From contig JBHGNT010000002.1 of the NCBI GenBank assembly GCA_043228905.1, forward strand, positions 4,588,001 through 4,652,000: a stretch of DNA of 64,000 nt, in the 5' to 3' direction. This DNA comes from Azolla caroliniana (Eukaryota > Plantae > Polypodiophyta). A program made the translations under genes and the position numbers. Of this stretch, positions 1 to 14,677 are shown piece after piece (within the stretch, counting starts at the first letter, position 1; each line of letters starts with the position of its first letter). A model generated the notes under the pieces. That model was not told where the DNA came from. It was given only the letters and a program-made list of their open reading frames with translations, and ran no database searches.

Positions 1-3000
1 TGCGCCATTTATCTGATTTTATGGAAAGATCACACCATCAAGCATGGCTATTGAAGGCACATATTTCAGAGCACTCAAAAGCACCCTTAGTAACATATTC
101 CCCTGAATATCTCCTTTTTTATCTTGTTCATACAATTGCCCAAGAGAGTGAAGGAGGTCCAGGTGTAGAATTTGTGCAGCGTGCTTTCAAGTAAGACTAC
201 ATATGACTTTGGGAAAACCCATATAATAGCTATTTGTTTAATGATCAGATTGTAAATAATGATTTCTTCTCAGGCAATTATCTCTCTTTATTTCGGCATT
301 GCTTAATCAGTATGATCAAAACGAACGAGAGAAAAAAGAGAAAACTGGCTTGATTCTTGATATCTTCCGTAAAATGAAGAATGCAGAAGATGTCATTGAC
401 AACTCAAAGACAGAGGTAATGATCACTTTCAAAACTTGAAATTTCAGAATAGCTTTCTGTAATACAACACCTATCTGCTTTTACTTTTCACTATGCTTTA
501 TCTGTTCTTTTTATGCTATCAGAACACTTACATCCTCTGTGATATTGGTATCGCGATAACCAAAGAAGTTTCTGAGATGCTAGTTAGCCCGGTAGAAGAT
601 CTGCATAATATTCCGCTTCCCTCATTAATTTACAGGGCTCTTGAGCCTACTGAAGACGATGTTAAGGTGGGAGTTAATAGGTGGTCCAAAAATTTATAAA
701 GAAAATTTCGATTATACTTCAACAATTTCACTAATCTTGAGGTGATTGTTGACATTCAGATGGATGGGTCTCATTTGCCTCCCCATCTTTTATCAGTTTT
801 GCCATTGAAAATCAATAAGGTATAAAACTTGGCTGTTTCTATTGATGAACTCTATTTCTATTGATTGATCTCTATGACAATACTTGTTTGATATGCTAGG
901 CTTCAACTGCTAAAAAGGAAAAGAGAAAGGCTGATGTTGGTATCTTTAAAAAGGTACCCCAGTCAAAACGCAGCAAAATCTCTGGGTCATCACCAATTGA
1001 CAAAGAACAGATTGATAATATTCCTTCAAAGGTCCATTCATCAGAGAAAGGATCGGATCACAAGAAGGGGAATTATAATTCACACACACTGCCTACACCT
1101 TCAATAGAAAATGGCAAAAAGGTGGTGGACTCTCAGTTAGCAATGGCAATACCTACAAAACGTAAAAGAAGTCAACTTCACAAGGAGAATGGAGAGGGGT
1201 CGGCTCTGGATGGTAAACAAGTGAATGCAGATGAATCATTGATACAGTCTGAACATAAGCACAAAAAAATGAAGGTTGTTGAAGATGCGGAGGGAGGATC
1301 CACGTCAGAAGCGGATCATCTAGCTACCGCTGAAGTTGACTCCCAAATAGAAACTCCTGAAGCTGATATTTCTGCCAGGAATCCAATGCAAGTCTTAATT
1401 CAAGCATCAAAACCTCTTGAAGAACATGAGAATGAGCCTTCACCAGAAGATGATCAGGCGATCACAAGAGTAAAACGTGGAAAGCAGGTAGAGCTTATTT
1501 CTTACTGCACTGAGTTTCGAACAAAAATATTCTGATCTCTTTAGTGACTTGCCTCTTTCACATTCAGGCCACTAGTGTTTTGAAAGATGGAAAAGTAGTG
1601 GAATCATTGTTAAGCCCTCGTGGAACACCAAAGCAATCTACAAAGAAGGCAATGCCGTCAGAGAGTGAGGTCTATTTTTTTTCTCTGCATCTTTATTTGA
1701 TGAAATTGTTCTTCAAATTTTCGAATTGGTGGACCTTGCACACACTCATTTTTCATTTCCGGTGAAAGAGAAAGGGAATTTTTATTTCTTTTTGCACCGA
1801 GTTTCAAATGAAGATCTCGTCTATAATTTGCCTCTTTTATTAGCAGGCAACTGATGATTCCAAAGAGGGAATAAAAGTAGCGGAAGCATTGTCAAGCCCA
1901 CGCATAACACCCAAGCAATCTACAAAGAAGATAATGCCATCAGAGAGTGCGGTATATGCTTCTCATTCTTTTTTGCAAAATCATCACTTGTTTATTTGGT
2001 GAAAATGTCTCTGGATTTTGTAAACGAATTTCCTTGCTTATTGTTGTCTTTGATTGCCATAGAAAAACTTAATTAACAAATGATTTTCCAATATATCACA
2101 CTGACTTTTTGTTTCCTGTGCTATTTTAAAGAGTCTTTCTGTAAAAGTGGATAAAAAAGCTGAAGCTTCTCCACGAGGATTAGTTGGTTGTCGAGTAAAG
2201 GTGTGGTGGCCTATAGACAAAGCGTATGTTTTCTACTCACTTGATATCCATGCTATTAAACGCACATAAAAAAAGTCAATATGCATATGGAACATACATT
2301 TATGCTGTTTTTTGTGCAAATATGCACATATGTGTGTATCATATATCTGTTTCTGTGGACTATGTTTCCATTTGCATATACAAAATTTGTGAATATCTGC
2401 TGTTTTTTTATTTCCTCAGGTTTTATCAGGGAGTTATTGCCTCCTATCATGCTCCAACAAAGAAACACAAGGTTTGTTTCCTGTCACATAATTGACATGC
2501 ATCCAAGAAAATTTGGGATCTTATCATCACTTCTTTCAGATCATATATGATGATGGAGATCAGGAGAATCTGAAGCTGGAAAGTGAACGTTGGGAGCTGG
2601 TAGAAAATGTAATAATGTAGTTAATTTGTAAAATCATGATGTTGCCCTTGATTAAAATTTTATGTCAAACATTTTATGATGCTAAATGTATTTCTTATTT
2701 TCATGTTAGGGTGATGAGGGTCTATCATCAACTCCAGTATCTTTAGAGCATGACTCGTAAGATGTTCCTTTCTCATATTTCACACTGGGCAGAGGCTAAT
2801 CATTTAAGTAGCATAATCTAGTCAATGAAGGATCCATAGATTCCTAGCACTCATACCTAGCTTACTTTTTTCTCACAAAAAGTTAGCTATCTATCATACT
2901 TATCCCTGGATTCAGGGTTGATGATTTAATTCTTGTTTAGTTGGTTCACATCTTTTTTTATAAATGCAGTCGGTCAAAAAAAAAAGATGCAAAAAGCCAG

Positions 3001-3889
3001 CCAACTAAGAATTTAAGTAAAGAAACCGACCACAGAATGTAAGTATTTGGATAGCCACAGGTTCAGCTAGAATTTACTTTGCTGTTTCTAAATTTGTTTG
3101 AATGATCTTCAATTTGTAAAATGAGTAGGTCCCAAAAGCAGTCCAAACATAGTAGGGCAAAGGATTTAGGCGAGTCCGATCACCCTTCAGATGTGAATGA
3201 TGAAGCACCTGTACATGAAAAACACGACCCTGGTGATGGTGACGAGCGGAAATTAACTACAGGTAAGTGATGCCATGGGATATTTCTCGGAAGGAAAAAG
3301 GTCACCAAAGGAATGCCTTAAGCCATGTCATGGAATCTTCCTATAATGTCAGAAAGAGAAGTCAAAGGGTAACTATAAGTATAAATATATAATAAATAGG
3401 ATGTGAAATACTTACTATTTCGTATGTACATCTAGCATTCATTTACCATTGGGTTCTATTATTCTTACATCATTATCAAATAAAAAAACTAGAGTCTTGG
3501 GTGACTAGTATGTGTTGAACTCGGTCTTAAGAGTCAGAGCTCATAGAAGAAAGTTCTATATTGCATCTGGGCTGATTCATGTATAGTAACATGGCTATGT
3601 CGCGAATATTTTTTTGAAATCTGAAATTTCAATTGAACACAGTTTCAAGAGCACGGAGTTCAGGGAAAAAGGTTGTGACATCTTCAGCAAAAGCATTGCA
3701 ATCATCGGAAGGTGGCATTTCACCGACAATATCCAAAGAATCATCAGAGGATGTCCCACTGGTAAATGAATGCTTTTTCTTCATTATTTAATTGTTTAAA
3801 TTTTCAATGCTTTCTTTAACGCATAGCTTTGCACTAAAAATTTACTGCAGAATACATGGAAAGGTGCAAGGAGAAAAGCCCGTTCATGA
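1..3889 (+). CDS. PDS5: Sister chromatid cohesion protein PDS5 homolog, 3' part (5' end outside window), multi-exon
   Basis: GT-AG exons read by eye: <1-190, 274-415, 523-666, 760-819, 900-1487, 1568-1669, 1847-1951, 2132-2223, 2420-2471, 2540-2608, 2710-2756, 2970-3038, 3129-3262, 3643-3761, 3851-3889 (TGA). Motifs match plant PDS5: PEYLLFYLVHTIA, IFRKMKNAED..NTYILCDIG, Tudor domain LVGCRVKVWWPIDKAFYQGVIASY..HKIIYDDGDQENLKLESERWELV, and C-terminal EDVPLNTWK. Confidence 0.88.
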
Positions 3890-6050
3890 ATGTTGTGGAT
3901 GGTAGTTCTGTTAATTTTGGAGTTTTAGATCACTTCCAAAGTTTTTTCAGTGTGAATGCTTTGCTCCTTGGTTCGGTTGACATCCCAAATTAGATCTCTA
4001 TAGATTCATGAAACGTTTCCACTTTAGTTGTAACATAGACTACAAAGCAATTTGTTGAGGTCATGGTTCCTTTTAAAGGTTGGTTGCATATCTTGGCCTG
4101 CGATGATACGTTTGTGAAACATATGACGTTCTTGAGTTGACTCTGGTAGTGTAGCTATGTGTTGTACATTACGACTAACCTTCTTCAACTAGCACGATTA
4201 TTGAATGGCCAAATCGTTGTGTAACCAGATTTGTATGGCATGTGCTCTTGGGCGATGCATTGTTGTAGTAAACACTTCTCTCTCTCAAGAGGTTTGGGTG
4301 TTAGAAGTTCTATTTTTAATCACACCACGTATATTGTCTTGTAAACTTCATTTGCAAAAGCCGGAGGGTTTTTCAGGATGAGTAGTTACTTCATTCTGAT
4401 GAGCTTGTTTTAATTTTGTTTTCTTTACAGGTTGTGTTTGATTATGGTTAGAAAAAGCCATTATCTAAATGTGTGATATGGAACCAGTAAAGGAGGACAA
4501 TACCTGGTAGATAGTACCTTTCATACACTGTTACATTCATACGGAAAATTTACACCTAAATTTATTCAATGCCATACTCTTTGAAGAATTTAGCTCTGCT
4601 AATCTGTGTCTATCAAAGCTCCTTTTCAATCAAGTAATTACATCACTATTGATCAAATGGTTGCACCATCAGTGTTTGTAAGGCAGTTTCCACTAATGAT
4701 ACATGTCTTTATCTTTTCTTTTAATGAAATCTACTCGTATCTTCTATGCCTTGTTGCCTCAAAAGACGACACTCAAGTTTCATTCAAAAGAAGTAAAAAC
4801 ATGGGAATGGTTTATTGGAATTGGGCACCTGAATGTTGACATTGGCATTAAAAATAAAGTCATGCTTTTGTTTTAATGCTGATCCTCTACATTCCAATTC
4901 TTTTGACCCCATCTGATACTTATTGGTCTAATTGAGACTTTGAAGCTTTTGCTTGCTAGCTGGAGTTATTGTCTCATCTTTGCACCGTCTACACATGACC
5001 TACTTCGTTTTCTTCTTGGGTGTGCTTGCATGGTGGATCTTGTTGTGAACTAACAAATTCTAAAGGTAAAATATTTAGACATGATAAGGTAGGGATAGCT
5101 TGAACTTTCAGGTTTTGGTTTGCTATTGTGTTCATTATAAATTATCTTGATCATTTTAGGTTTAGATCATGCACATTAGACTTTTTGTCATTAAAATAAT
5201 AGACAATGCTAACAAAGATTATGATATGAAGTACTTTGTACCATAACAAGTGCAGTTCGTATAGCAATTGAGGTGAAAGGTTCAAAACCCACTATAATTC
5301 TTTTTACTAAATAGCCATTTCCAAAAATGAAGAGCATGATGCCTATGTAACAACATTTATACCATAAAATATGAACAAATGAAGTATGTGTAATGATAAA
5401 TGGGAATAACTAATGTAGATATTGGAGTGCTATCTACGGCTTCTAATTGTGAGCTTTAATCACATGCGTATACATGTACACATACACATACCATACACGT
5501 CACCATGAAACAATCTTGAATTCCTCAACCATTTTCTCACCTCTAACATCTAAAAACATCCTCAACTCTAAAGCGTGCCTTTGAACATGGGATTCATACT
5601 TACAACAACATCTAGGTAAGTGCACTACATTAGGGAATGTTAAATAGTTTCCAACTACACCATTTCATTGCTTTTCTCACTAGGAGCATGGGTGTCAGTT
5701 CCCAAGTAACAAGTGTAGCATAAGAAAAAAGATGCAAGAGAGAAGAAAATGAAAGAAATCGGATCCATTTGTGACTTAATTCAGAAAAACTCCAAGTGTA
5801 ATGTAATATTATATCAGTAATTTGTAAGCATTTTCCTAGTCTTTTAGGTTTGTAGGAGGGAGAGTACCTACTTCACTGCAACCCAATGCTCCATACTTGG
5901 ATTGCTCATGTAACGACTCACTGTTCCGATAGCATATGCAATGTTCGACCTGGTACATAGCATGTCAATACATCAAGCTTCCGACAACTGAGGCATACAT
6001 GATCGTCCTCATTTGAGCTTTATCTCTTTTGGACATTGGCTAGCATTCAG

Positions 6051-6210
6051 TAGGGACCGGCATTGGCTCAAGCCTAAACCGTTTTGCCAAATTGGCTTAG
6101 CGGCTTAGAGGTTCGGTTCGGCTCGGCTTAGGCTTGAGCTTCCCTAAATGGTTTGAGCTCATCTTGGTTTGGATTGAGCTTTGACAAACCGGCTCAAACC
6201 GGTTAAGGCC
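6051..6210. mobile_element. Probable terminal remnant of a hAT-type DNA transposon
   Basis: Starts TAGGG and has clustered AAACCG/GGTTCGG/GAGCTT subterminal-type motifs. No partner end or TSD found. Confidence 0.35.
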
Positions 6211-7753
6211 ATTTATGATTTATATAATTAGGTTATACTTGAGAGAGAGAGAGATTCATTGAGAGGACTCAAAAAACCATAGCCATAGGCTATAGCCACA
6301 TAGACGTGAGAGAGAGAGGGAGAGGGAGCATACTATATACAGTGGACAAGAAGGGAGGAGGGGAGGAGAATTAAACTCTAGTGGGTAGTGTTCATCCTTC
6401 TCCTTCTCCTTCTCCTTTTGCTTTTGCATTCCTGCCTCTTCGTTGACCCAAAACTAACTTAACGAGATGCCTCGTGGCTATCCAAATTCCAAATGCCCAT
6501 CTCTTTGCTTATGCATGTGTCAAAGTTGAGATTTGCTCGGCAAGGCCCAACGTGAGACCCCGACCGCGAAAGTCAACAACATATAACCATATAACCACGT
6601 ATCGTCACCGAAGTGAAAATGTATTGAGTGCACGAAAGTGCCCAATTGGTTTGTTTCTTGACAACAAATGATCTTCAACTGAAACTCTTAGAGTTGGCCA
6701 CATATGTTCTCGGGTACTACTTGGACTAACCTTACCCTGACCACATTTCTTCGCTTAGAGAAAGTGTGTGCTGCAAGAAAATGGATGATCTCTTGAACCA
6801 CATGCTTGATTCATCTACTTATCCACAAAGCATTATCTTCAACGTAAACTCTTCGTGTAGTGCATATTCAATTGACAAGTCAAGAATGTGAACACTCCCT
6901 TAATTCTACTCGAACACATGGCATTCCCTCATCCATCTCAACTGCTCTCGTACATAGAAAGCAAACTGACTACGCTTCATTATCAAGGTTTGGATTCAAG
7001 CATGAGATTTACACTTGGTTGCTAAAGTTGATCATTGTGTGTTTGTCCACAATAAGCATATCATCAACATACAACAACAGGATTACGAAGTCTCCTCCAT
7101 AATATTTCTTCACAAAGACACAATGGTCAGCTTGTGTCTTGTAGAATCCATGGTCCACCATGAAGGATAAAAACTTATTGTACCATTGCCGGTGAGCTTG
7201 TTTTAGCCCATACAAGCTTTGTCTTAGCCGACATACAAGGTTTTCTTTTCCCTTCTCCTCAAATCCTTCAGGTTGTTGCATGTAGATCTCTTCCTCTAGA
7301 TCTCCATGTAGGAATCCAGTCTTGACATCCAACTGCTCTATCTCTAAGTTCATGCTAGTTGCAATGCTTAGCACAATTATGATGGATGTCATCTTCACCA
7401 CCGGGGCAAATATCTCATCAAAATCTACACCTTTTTTCTATTGAAATCCCTTCACCACAATGTGGGCTTTATATATGGGTGGATTTTTGTTCTCTCTAGG
7501 TTTCAACTTATATACCCACTTATTCATGAGTGCCATCTTTCCTTTCGACAACTCGGTCAACGCATATGTGTGGTTCTAATGCAAGGAGTCCATTTCGTCT
7601 ACATGGCACAATACCACTCTTTGTTGTGGGCATCAGCCATTGCTTCCTCGAAGAATTCTGGCGCCCCTTCTTCAGTTAGTAATACATGTTCTTTATCCAG
7701 AAACCGACAAGGTGCTCTTCTTTGTCTCAGGGAGTACCTTCTTCCGTCAGTAG

Positions 7754-8200
7754 TAACAATCGGCAACGGTTCGGTTTGAACCAAACCGCGAAACCGCGGC
7801 TTAACGGTTTCAACGGTTTGGTTTGGTTTTAATAGCCAGAAACCACCGTTTAAACGGTTTTTTTTTTTAAATTAAAAAAAAAAATTATAAAAAAAATATA
7901 AAAATTTGTAAAAAATTAAAAAAATTGTTTTTAAACAATCTTTTCATTTTTAGACCTTATTATCACATTTTAGGAACATCTTAAAAATTTTAAAAAATTA
8001 AAATTTTGACCTATGTTGAACCGAAACTGAACCACGAAACCGCGCTTTTTACGGTTTAATGGTTTAACGGTTTGAAAATTGTTTAACGGTTTCGTGGTTC
8101 GGTTCGGTTAGGTTCAGGTTTCAAAAAATTTAAACGGTTCGGTTCCAAATTGGTTCGGTTTGGACCCTCTCAAACCGAACCGAACTGTTGCCGATTGTTA
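7754..8200. mobile_element. hAT-type MITE, copy 1 (447 bp)
   Basis: TIR TAACAATCGGCAAC...GTTGCCGATTGTTA; perfect 8-bp TSD GTCAGTAG at 7746-7753 and 8201-8208; AAACCG/CGGTT subterminal repeats; AT-rich core. Confidence 0.92.
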
Positions 8201-8691
8201 GTCAGTAGCCAACTCTAGTTCGGCTGCATCAGCGACTCTTCATCCGAATATGATTCAGCTTCATCGGCCAACTGTCTTCTGTTAGTCGGCTCTACATGTA
8301 CATTAACCGACTGCTTGGTTTTGGCTGGCTCCTAATACTAATCAACCGGCTATTGGCTGTCAGCCAGTTGATATTCAATTCGGTTTGTTTCAATCGATCC
8401 AGTTTTGGCTGCTTTAGCCAGCTTGTGTTTGCTAGTCGGTTGGGAGGATGACCTTGGTTTCCGCATCTCCTAGTCAACAATTGTCTTATCCTCCATGAAA
8501 ACTATGCCACAACTCTTGATGACCTTCTTGTCTATCAAGTCCCATAGTTTATACATGGACGACTCTTGTTGTCCAATTTAGATATTAGGTCCTTAGTTGC
8601 ATGCACATATGTCAAGAAACCGAACACCTTTAGATGTCGGTACGACACATATTTTCCTGTCCATATTCTTGTTCTGGCACAACTGTGCATG

Positions 8692-8971
8692 AAGTATTTT
8701 GCTTTTGGGCATGAGCCACAATCAGGTTTCCCTTGTGTAATTTCGACATGCCGTTGTGAAAGCTATCAGAATAACCTTTGTCATCTAGCTGCCGATCGAT
8801 ATAAGATTCAACTTGATGAGAAGCACTCACATATAAAGTATTTTGCTTTTGGGCATGAGCCACAATCAGGTTTCCCTTGTGTAATTTCGACATGCCGTTG
8901 TGAAAGCTATCAGAATAACCTTTGTCATCTAGCTGCCGATCGATATAAGATTCAACTTGATGAGAAGCACT
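8692..8971. repeat. Tandem duplication with 144-bp period inside Copia A
   Basis: AAGTATTTTGCTTTTGGGCATGAGCC... starts at 8692 and again at 8836; ORF 8566-8991 shows the repeated peptide. Confidence 0.9.
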
Positions 8972-11900
8972 CTCTCTTGGGATTCAAGTGAAACGATGCA
9001 CTTGAATCGACTACCCAAGTGGATTCATCGCTGCAAGGTTTACATTGCTTTGTTCAATGATGAACACCAATTCCTCTTCACTTGTAGTGATGTTCTCGTT
9101 GTCCGAAATCTTTTTCGGCTTACCACCCTTAGCTCCCCCTTTGTATTTTCTATAGTGCGGACAATTTTTTTGGAAATGCCCCGACTTCCCATAGTAGAAA
9201 CATGTGATCCTTCCTTTAGACTTCGACTTCGATTTGGACTTGTCCTTTTTTTGAGGACCTCTCTACCCACCCCTTCCTCTGTTAGAGTCACCTTCTGTGA
9301 ATAGGGCCTTATAGTCGGAGTTGGATTCTTTGTCCTTCCATTGAGCTTCTTCATTGAGAAAACTAGGCTTCAACATGTATAGAGTTAGCTATTTCCCTTG
9401 TGGTGATGAGTTACCCAAAGTCACCACAAGCATTTCCCAACTGTCTGGGGGAGTGCCTAGCAACAACAAGGCTAATACCTCATCCACTAGAGGCACTTCT
9501 AGAGAAGTGGTTTGATTGATGAGCCCTTGAAAAGTATTCAAGTGCCCACCCATGCTTGAGCCATCATGATATCTCAGCCTCACTATCTTCCTAAAGACAG
9601 AGACTCTATTTAGGGCATTCTTCGTCTCAAACATAGTCCTTATCTTCTTCCAAGGACATCTACTTTTGTCTCATCATTGAAGTTATTATATAGACACATG
9701 TCTATAAAACACCGTATATATGCTGTTGCGTTTAGATGCATGGCTTCCCAAGCCAAAGCATCTATTTTGTCAAGTTTGTCTTTGCCATATTCTACTAGCA
9801 ACCATAGGTCTTTACACATTAGCATGCCCCTCATTTTGGATTTCCAAACTAAATAGTTTGGGCCGGTCGGCGCCGACCACAACCGGCAAACAAAGAGAAA
9901 TGAAAGTGTTGAATGTGGGACTCTAATGAACGTATTCACATTGTCTCCCTTTGTACACACTAGGTTTAGGTTATTTATGTAAATAGTGAGAACGGTAGTT
10001 GCCCTAAGTCAGTCAGTATATAAACTGACTTTGTAACCTAGCTTTCGCATTTTGGTTTTTGTTGTTGCAAATATAGTTCATCTTGTGCCTAACGTCTCTC
10101 TCTCTCTCTTGTGTTCACGCATTCTTGTTGATCTTCCTTCTGGATTCTGTTTCTAGTTGTCATTAATCTTCTTCATTGCATCTATCAACGACATCCTCAC
10201 AGAAGAGTGTTGAGATTGTTCCGCACCTAGACAGTCACGTTCTCAACATCTGATTCGGTGCCTTTATAAGGTCCTTCGGATGAAAGAATCTGATTTGGTC
10301 TAGGCACACCTCAATGACTACGAAAGCTTAAGTTCCCAAATTGCGGCTCAAGGGACGACTATCGAGGATGAACGAGTCTACAATTTTTGCAAGAAACCCG
10401 GACACATCAAAGCCGATTGCCGCGCCCTCAAAGCCAAAAACGTCGGCATGAGGAGGTCAATTACGTTGGCTCTTCGACCGAAATAATGTCAAAGGACCTA
10501 AACATCTTGTTCATCGAAAAATCAGTTGAATCAAAAGTTCTGCTAATGACCGAAAAGTCAAGCACTTGGCTCTTGGACTCGGGCGCTTCATATCACGTGA
10601 CCCCTCATCGATCCCAATTTCGGCAATATTCGACCCAATATTCTGACTCAATCTGAGTCGGGAATTCGCAGCACTGTGTGATAATTGGAATCAACACCAT
10701 AGAGCTCAACCTTCTAGGTGGCTCTACATTGGTAAGACACAATGTCTGACATGTACATGAGCTCTCAAGACCTTTGATCTCAGTCAGACAACTGGACGAA
10801 GACGGCATCTGTGCCGGCTTCTCATCAGGAGGGTGGACACTCCACAGGGGAACCTCCTACTTGCTAGAGGATCTAAAGTACATTCGTTGCACATGTATAC
10901 GTCACACTCAGAGAGAGTGGCCTGTTCTTGGTTGACATTCCCGTGTCATCACTATGGCACGGACGACTCAGACACCTCAGGAAGGCCGACATCACGCATT
11001 TATCCAAAGCCGGATACATCCCTAAACTCTCCTTCTTTGATCATCAGTTCTACGAGCATTGCCAGTACGACAAACAAATAACTGCATCACACCCGACATC
11101 AACACTGAGAGAATCGAGTCCACTTGATTTGGTGCACTCGGACGTCTATGGCCCTATGACACATCAGTCTCTCGGTGCTGCCTTGTATTTTGTTAGCTTT
11201 ATTGACGACTCGACTTGGAAGGTGTGGGCGTATCCGATAAAGACCAAAGATCGAGTATTCTCAATTTTCTTCGATTGGATCGCTATGGTCGAAAATTAGT
11301 CTAGTCGAAAACTCAAATGTCTTCGGACCGATAATGGAGGAGAGTTCAAATTTGAAGAATTCGTCCAATTTTGCTGACAACGCGGCATTTGATGTGAATA
11401 TACGACACCCTATAGTCCAGAGTGGAACGGAATTCCCGAGAGAATGAATCGGACAATTCAAGAATGGATAGTTTCCATACTCCAACACTCCGGACTGTCG
11501 GATAGCTTCTGGGCGGAGTCCCTACTTATGGCAATACGTATTACCAATATGTCGCTGAGTAGGACTCTAGGACTTAATATACCTCACTGAAATTATGGAC
11601 CGATAGTAAACGGAATTATGACAAGTTGAGGATCTTCGGGTTTGAGGCATACGCCATCATACCGAAAGATGATCGCCGCAAACTTGCACCAAGGTCCAGG
11701 AAATGTATTTTCCTAGGTTATGGACCAGATGGCAAAATCGGATATCGACTCTAGGATCCTGAGCACAGACAAATTGTTCGAAGTTCAGACGTAGTGTTCA
11801 ATGAGTCGGCTATGCATAAGACGACCAAAAGGCCTATTGAAGTCCGAAGGGTAAATTTTTCCGAAGTGCAGACCCTTCATGAAGGCCTAGCCCATTACAC

Positions 11901-13121
11901 AAGATCGGCTTCACGGGTAGCCGAATCCTTCAGCCCCGACTCGACAACGCTCGACTCGGACAACCGAATGGTTTGGCTCTGGATCATCCGACTTCGACAC
12001 CCAATGCGACTAGTCCAATCATACCTTGAAGATCCGAGAGACTGTTGCAGCCCCCAAAGAGATACTCTCCTGAAATCTTCTTTATGAACGCCAGAGAACC
12101 AACGTCATACGAAGAATCATTGGCATCTGCCGATTCGATTACCTAGCATCTAGCAATGGAGTCCGAGATGAACTCCATTCGAGCAAAGCAAACTTGGGAC
12201 TTGGTCGAGCTCCCGAAGAATCGATGTGCTCTTCCGTGCAAGTGGGTCTATTGAGTCAAAGAGACGTCTGATTCGGCCACCCCAAAATTCAAGGTCAGAC
12301 TAGTAGCTAAGGGTTTTCGACACGAATATGGTGTCGATTTTGACGAAATCTTTTCACCAGTGGTGAAAATGACAGCCCTTAGATTCATGCTCGGCACCGT
12401 GGTAGCCGTGGACTTGGAGCTGATTCAGCTAGATGTCAAAATGGCATTCCTCCATGGTAATCTAGAGGAAGAAATTTATATGGAGCAACTAAAAGGCTTC
12501 GTGGCACCCGACCAAGAACATCTTGTCTACTGACTCAGGAAGAGTGTATACGGCCTGAAACAGGCATCACGACAGTGGTATGAGAAGTTCGATGACTTCG
12601 TTCAATCGGTTGGTTTCTCTAAGAGCGATGAGAACCACTGCCTCTTCACGAAAATAGTTTGAGATGGGCCAATGGCACCCATCTTCCTCATCATCTACGT
12701 GGACGACATGCTAATCTCCGGTCGGCAAGCCGGAGAGCTTGTCGAACTCGTTCGGCAACTGCAGTTGAAGTTTGCCATGAAGGAACTCGGTCTGGCAAGA
12801 TACATTCTTGGCATGAAGATTAGTCAGAATCGAAATTGAAGACAATTGTTTTTGTCCCAATCCGACTATATTAGACGTGTCCTCAACCATTAGCCTTTGG
12901 CTATTTGAGCGAGATTGCCCGACATCCGGTTCAGAGGGGGAAACCATGAAGTCGGAACTGTATGCACCGACAATTGGCTCCCTCATGTACACGATGGTCG
13001 TGACACGACCTTACATTGTTCACGCCATAGGAGTTGTCAGCAAATTCATGCACAACCCTAGCCGATCACACTAGAATGCAATAATTTAGCATGTGTTCAG
13101 ATATTTGGTGGGCACAAAAGA

Positions 13122-13623
<502 letters not shown>

Positions 13624-14218
13624 TTAGGATTCTATTAAGCCCAAACGACACCTCAGGCGTAGTAGGCTATATCGACTCAAACTTTGCTGGATGTGTGGAT
13701 AGTTGAAAATCGACAACCGGATATTGCTTTAAGTTTGGCAATGGAGCAATCTCGTGGAATTTGAAACTTTAGGAGTGCACTGCCACATCAACGATCAAGG
13801 CCGAATACGTAGTTGCGTCTGATGCGGTGAAAGAGGCCTTATGGCTCGGTCGATTGGCTTGAACGTTGTTGTGAGGATTTTTGGCCATGGTGAGAAAACC
13901 GAGTGGGATGAATAAAATGGGGATGTGCAACATTGCACATGCACTTAGGGAATTTGTAAAATAGGAAAAGTAACAAAATGTAAAGGGAAGGGTAAAAATC
14001 TAAGGTGCTAAATGGCATCACAAAGTTTGTGAAATATAAAGGTGATGTGTACTTAGGGGCTCATGCACATGTACACTAAAGGGGAGTGTATGGAAGTACG
14101 GTGTAATAAGTAGAGGGTGTGGGTGTGTGTGAATGTGAGAGGAGAGGGAGTTAAGACCCTATCAATCTCTTCTCATAAGATCAAGGCCAAATATTCCCCC
14201 ATTGAAAGAAGAGTGTCA

Positions 14219-14290
14219 TGATATGGCAAGACTCAAACCCATGACCTTATGTTACATGGGTCGACCTCTTGACCATTAAACTATTTGATG
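14219..14290 (-). ncRNA. tRNA-like A-box/B-box cassette at the start of the chromovirus 5' LTR (antisense)
   Basis: Same cassette as 19598-19669, but the B box reads GGTTTGAGTC (the C56 position is mutated). Confidence 0.5.
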
Positions 14291-14677
14291 TAATACGAAG
14301 GATATTATTTTCATTTAAGTTTTACTATAGAAAATTGATGTATATTCCAGATTTCTTTGGAACATTCTAGAAACTTCAGGAGTACTCCTGAGAACACTAT
14401 AAAAGGAGGCACAAGGCATTATTTCGAACCAAATCGGTTCAACGCTAGTCTTAAGCCTCCTAGCTACTATTGTATATTCTCTTAACATAATATATATCTT
14501 TTGTTATCATCATTCTCTCTCTCTTTGTCTCTCTCTCTCTCTCTCACTCATTCTTTCCTTCTCTCAAGAGTTCTATACCTCCCTTAGTACTAATCCTCAT
14601 CTTTTAGTACTAATTCCTTATCTGTCTTAGTACTATTCCTAACAGTACTTCTCTGTCTTAGTACTGCTCCTGACGAT

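Larger units (their letters stand above)
7030..9900 (-). mobile_element. Degenerate Ty1/Copia element A (gag, protease, partial integrase, RT), 3'-truncated
   Basis: Minus-strand fragments: NYLVWKSKMRGMLMCKDLW and FETKNALNRVSVFRKIVRL (gag); VVKMTSI..EQLDVKTGFLHGDLEEEIYMQQP..LLYVDDMLIV (RT). Interrupted by a MITE (7754-8200) and by element B. Its LTR continues at 33234. Confidence 0.85.

Noticed and set aside
6460-7020. Possible coding remnant next to Copia A
   Set aside because: No motif could be assigned with confidence in any frame.
7746-8208. MITE copy 1 as a spliceable intron
   Set aside because: Its TSD begins GT on the plus strand, but the host Copia frame is on the minus strand and no GT-AG pair restores the original sequence exactly.
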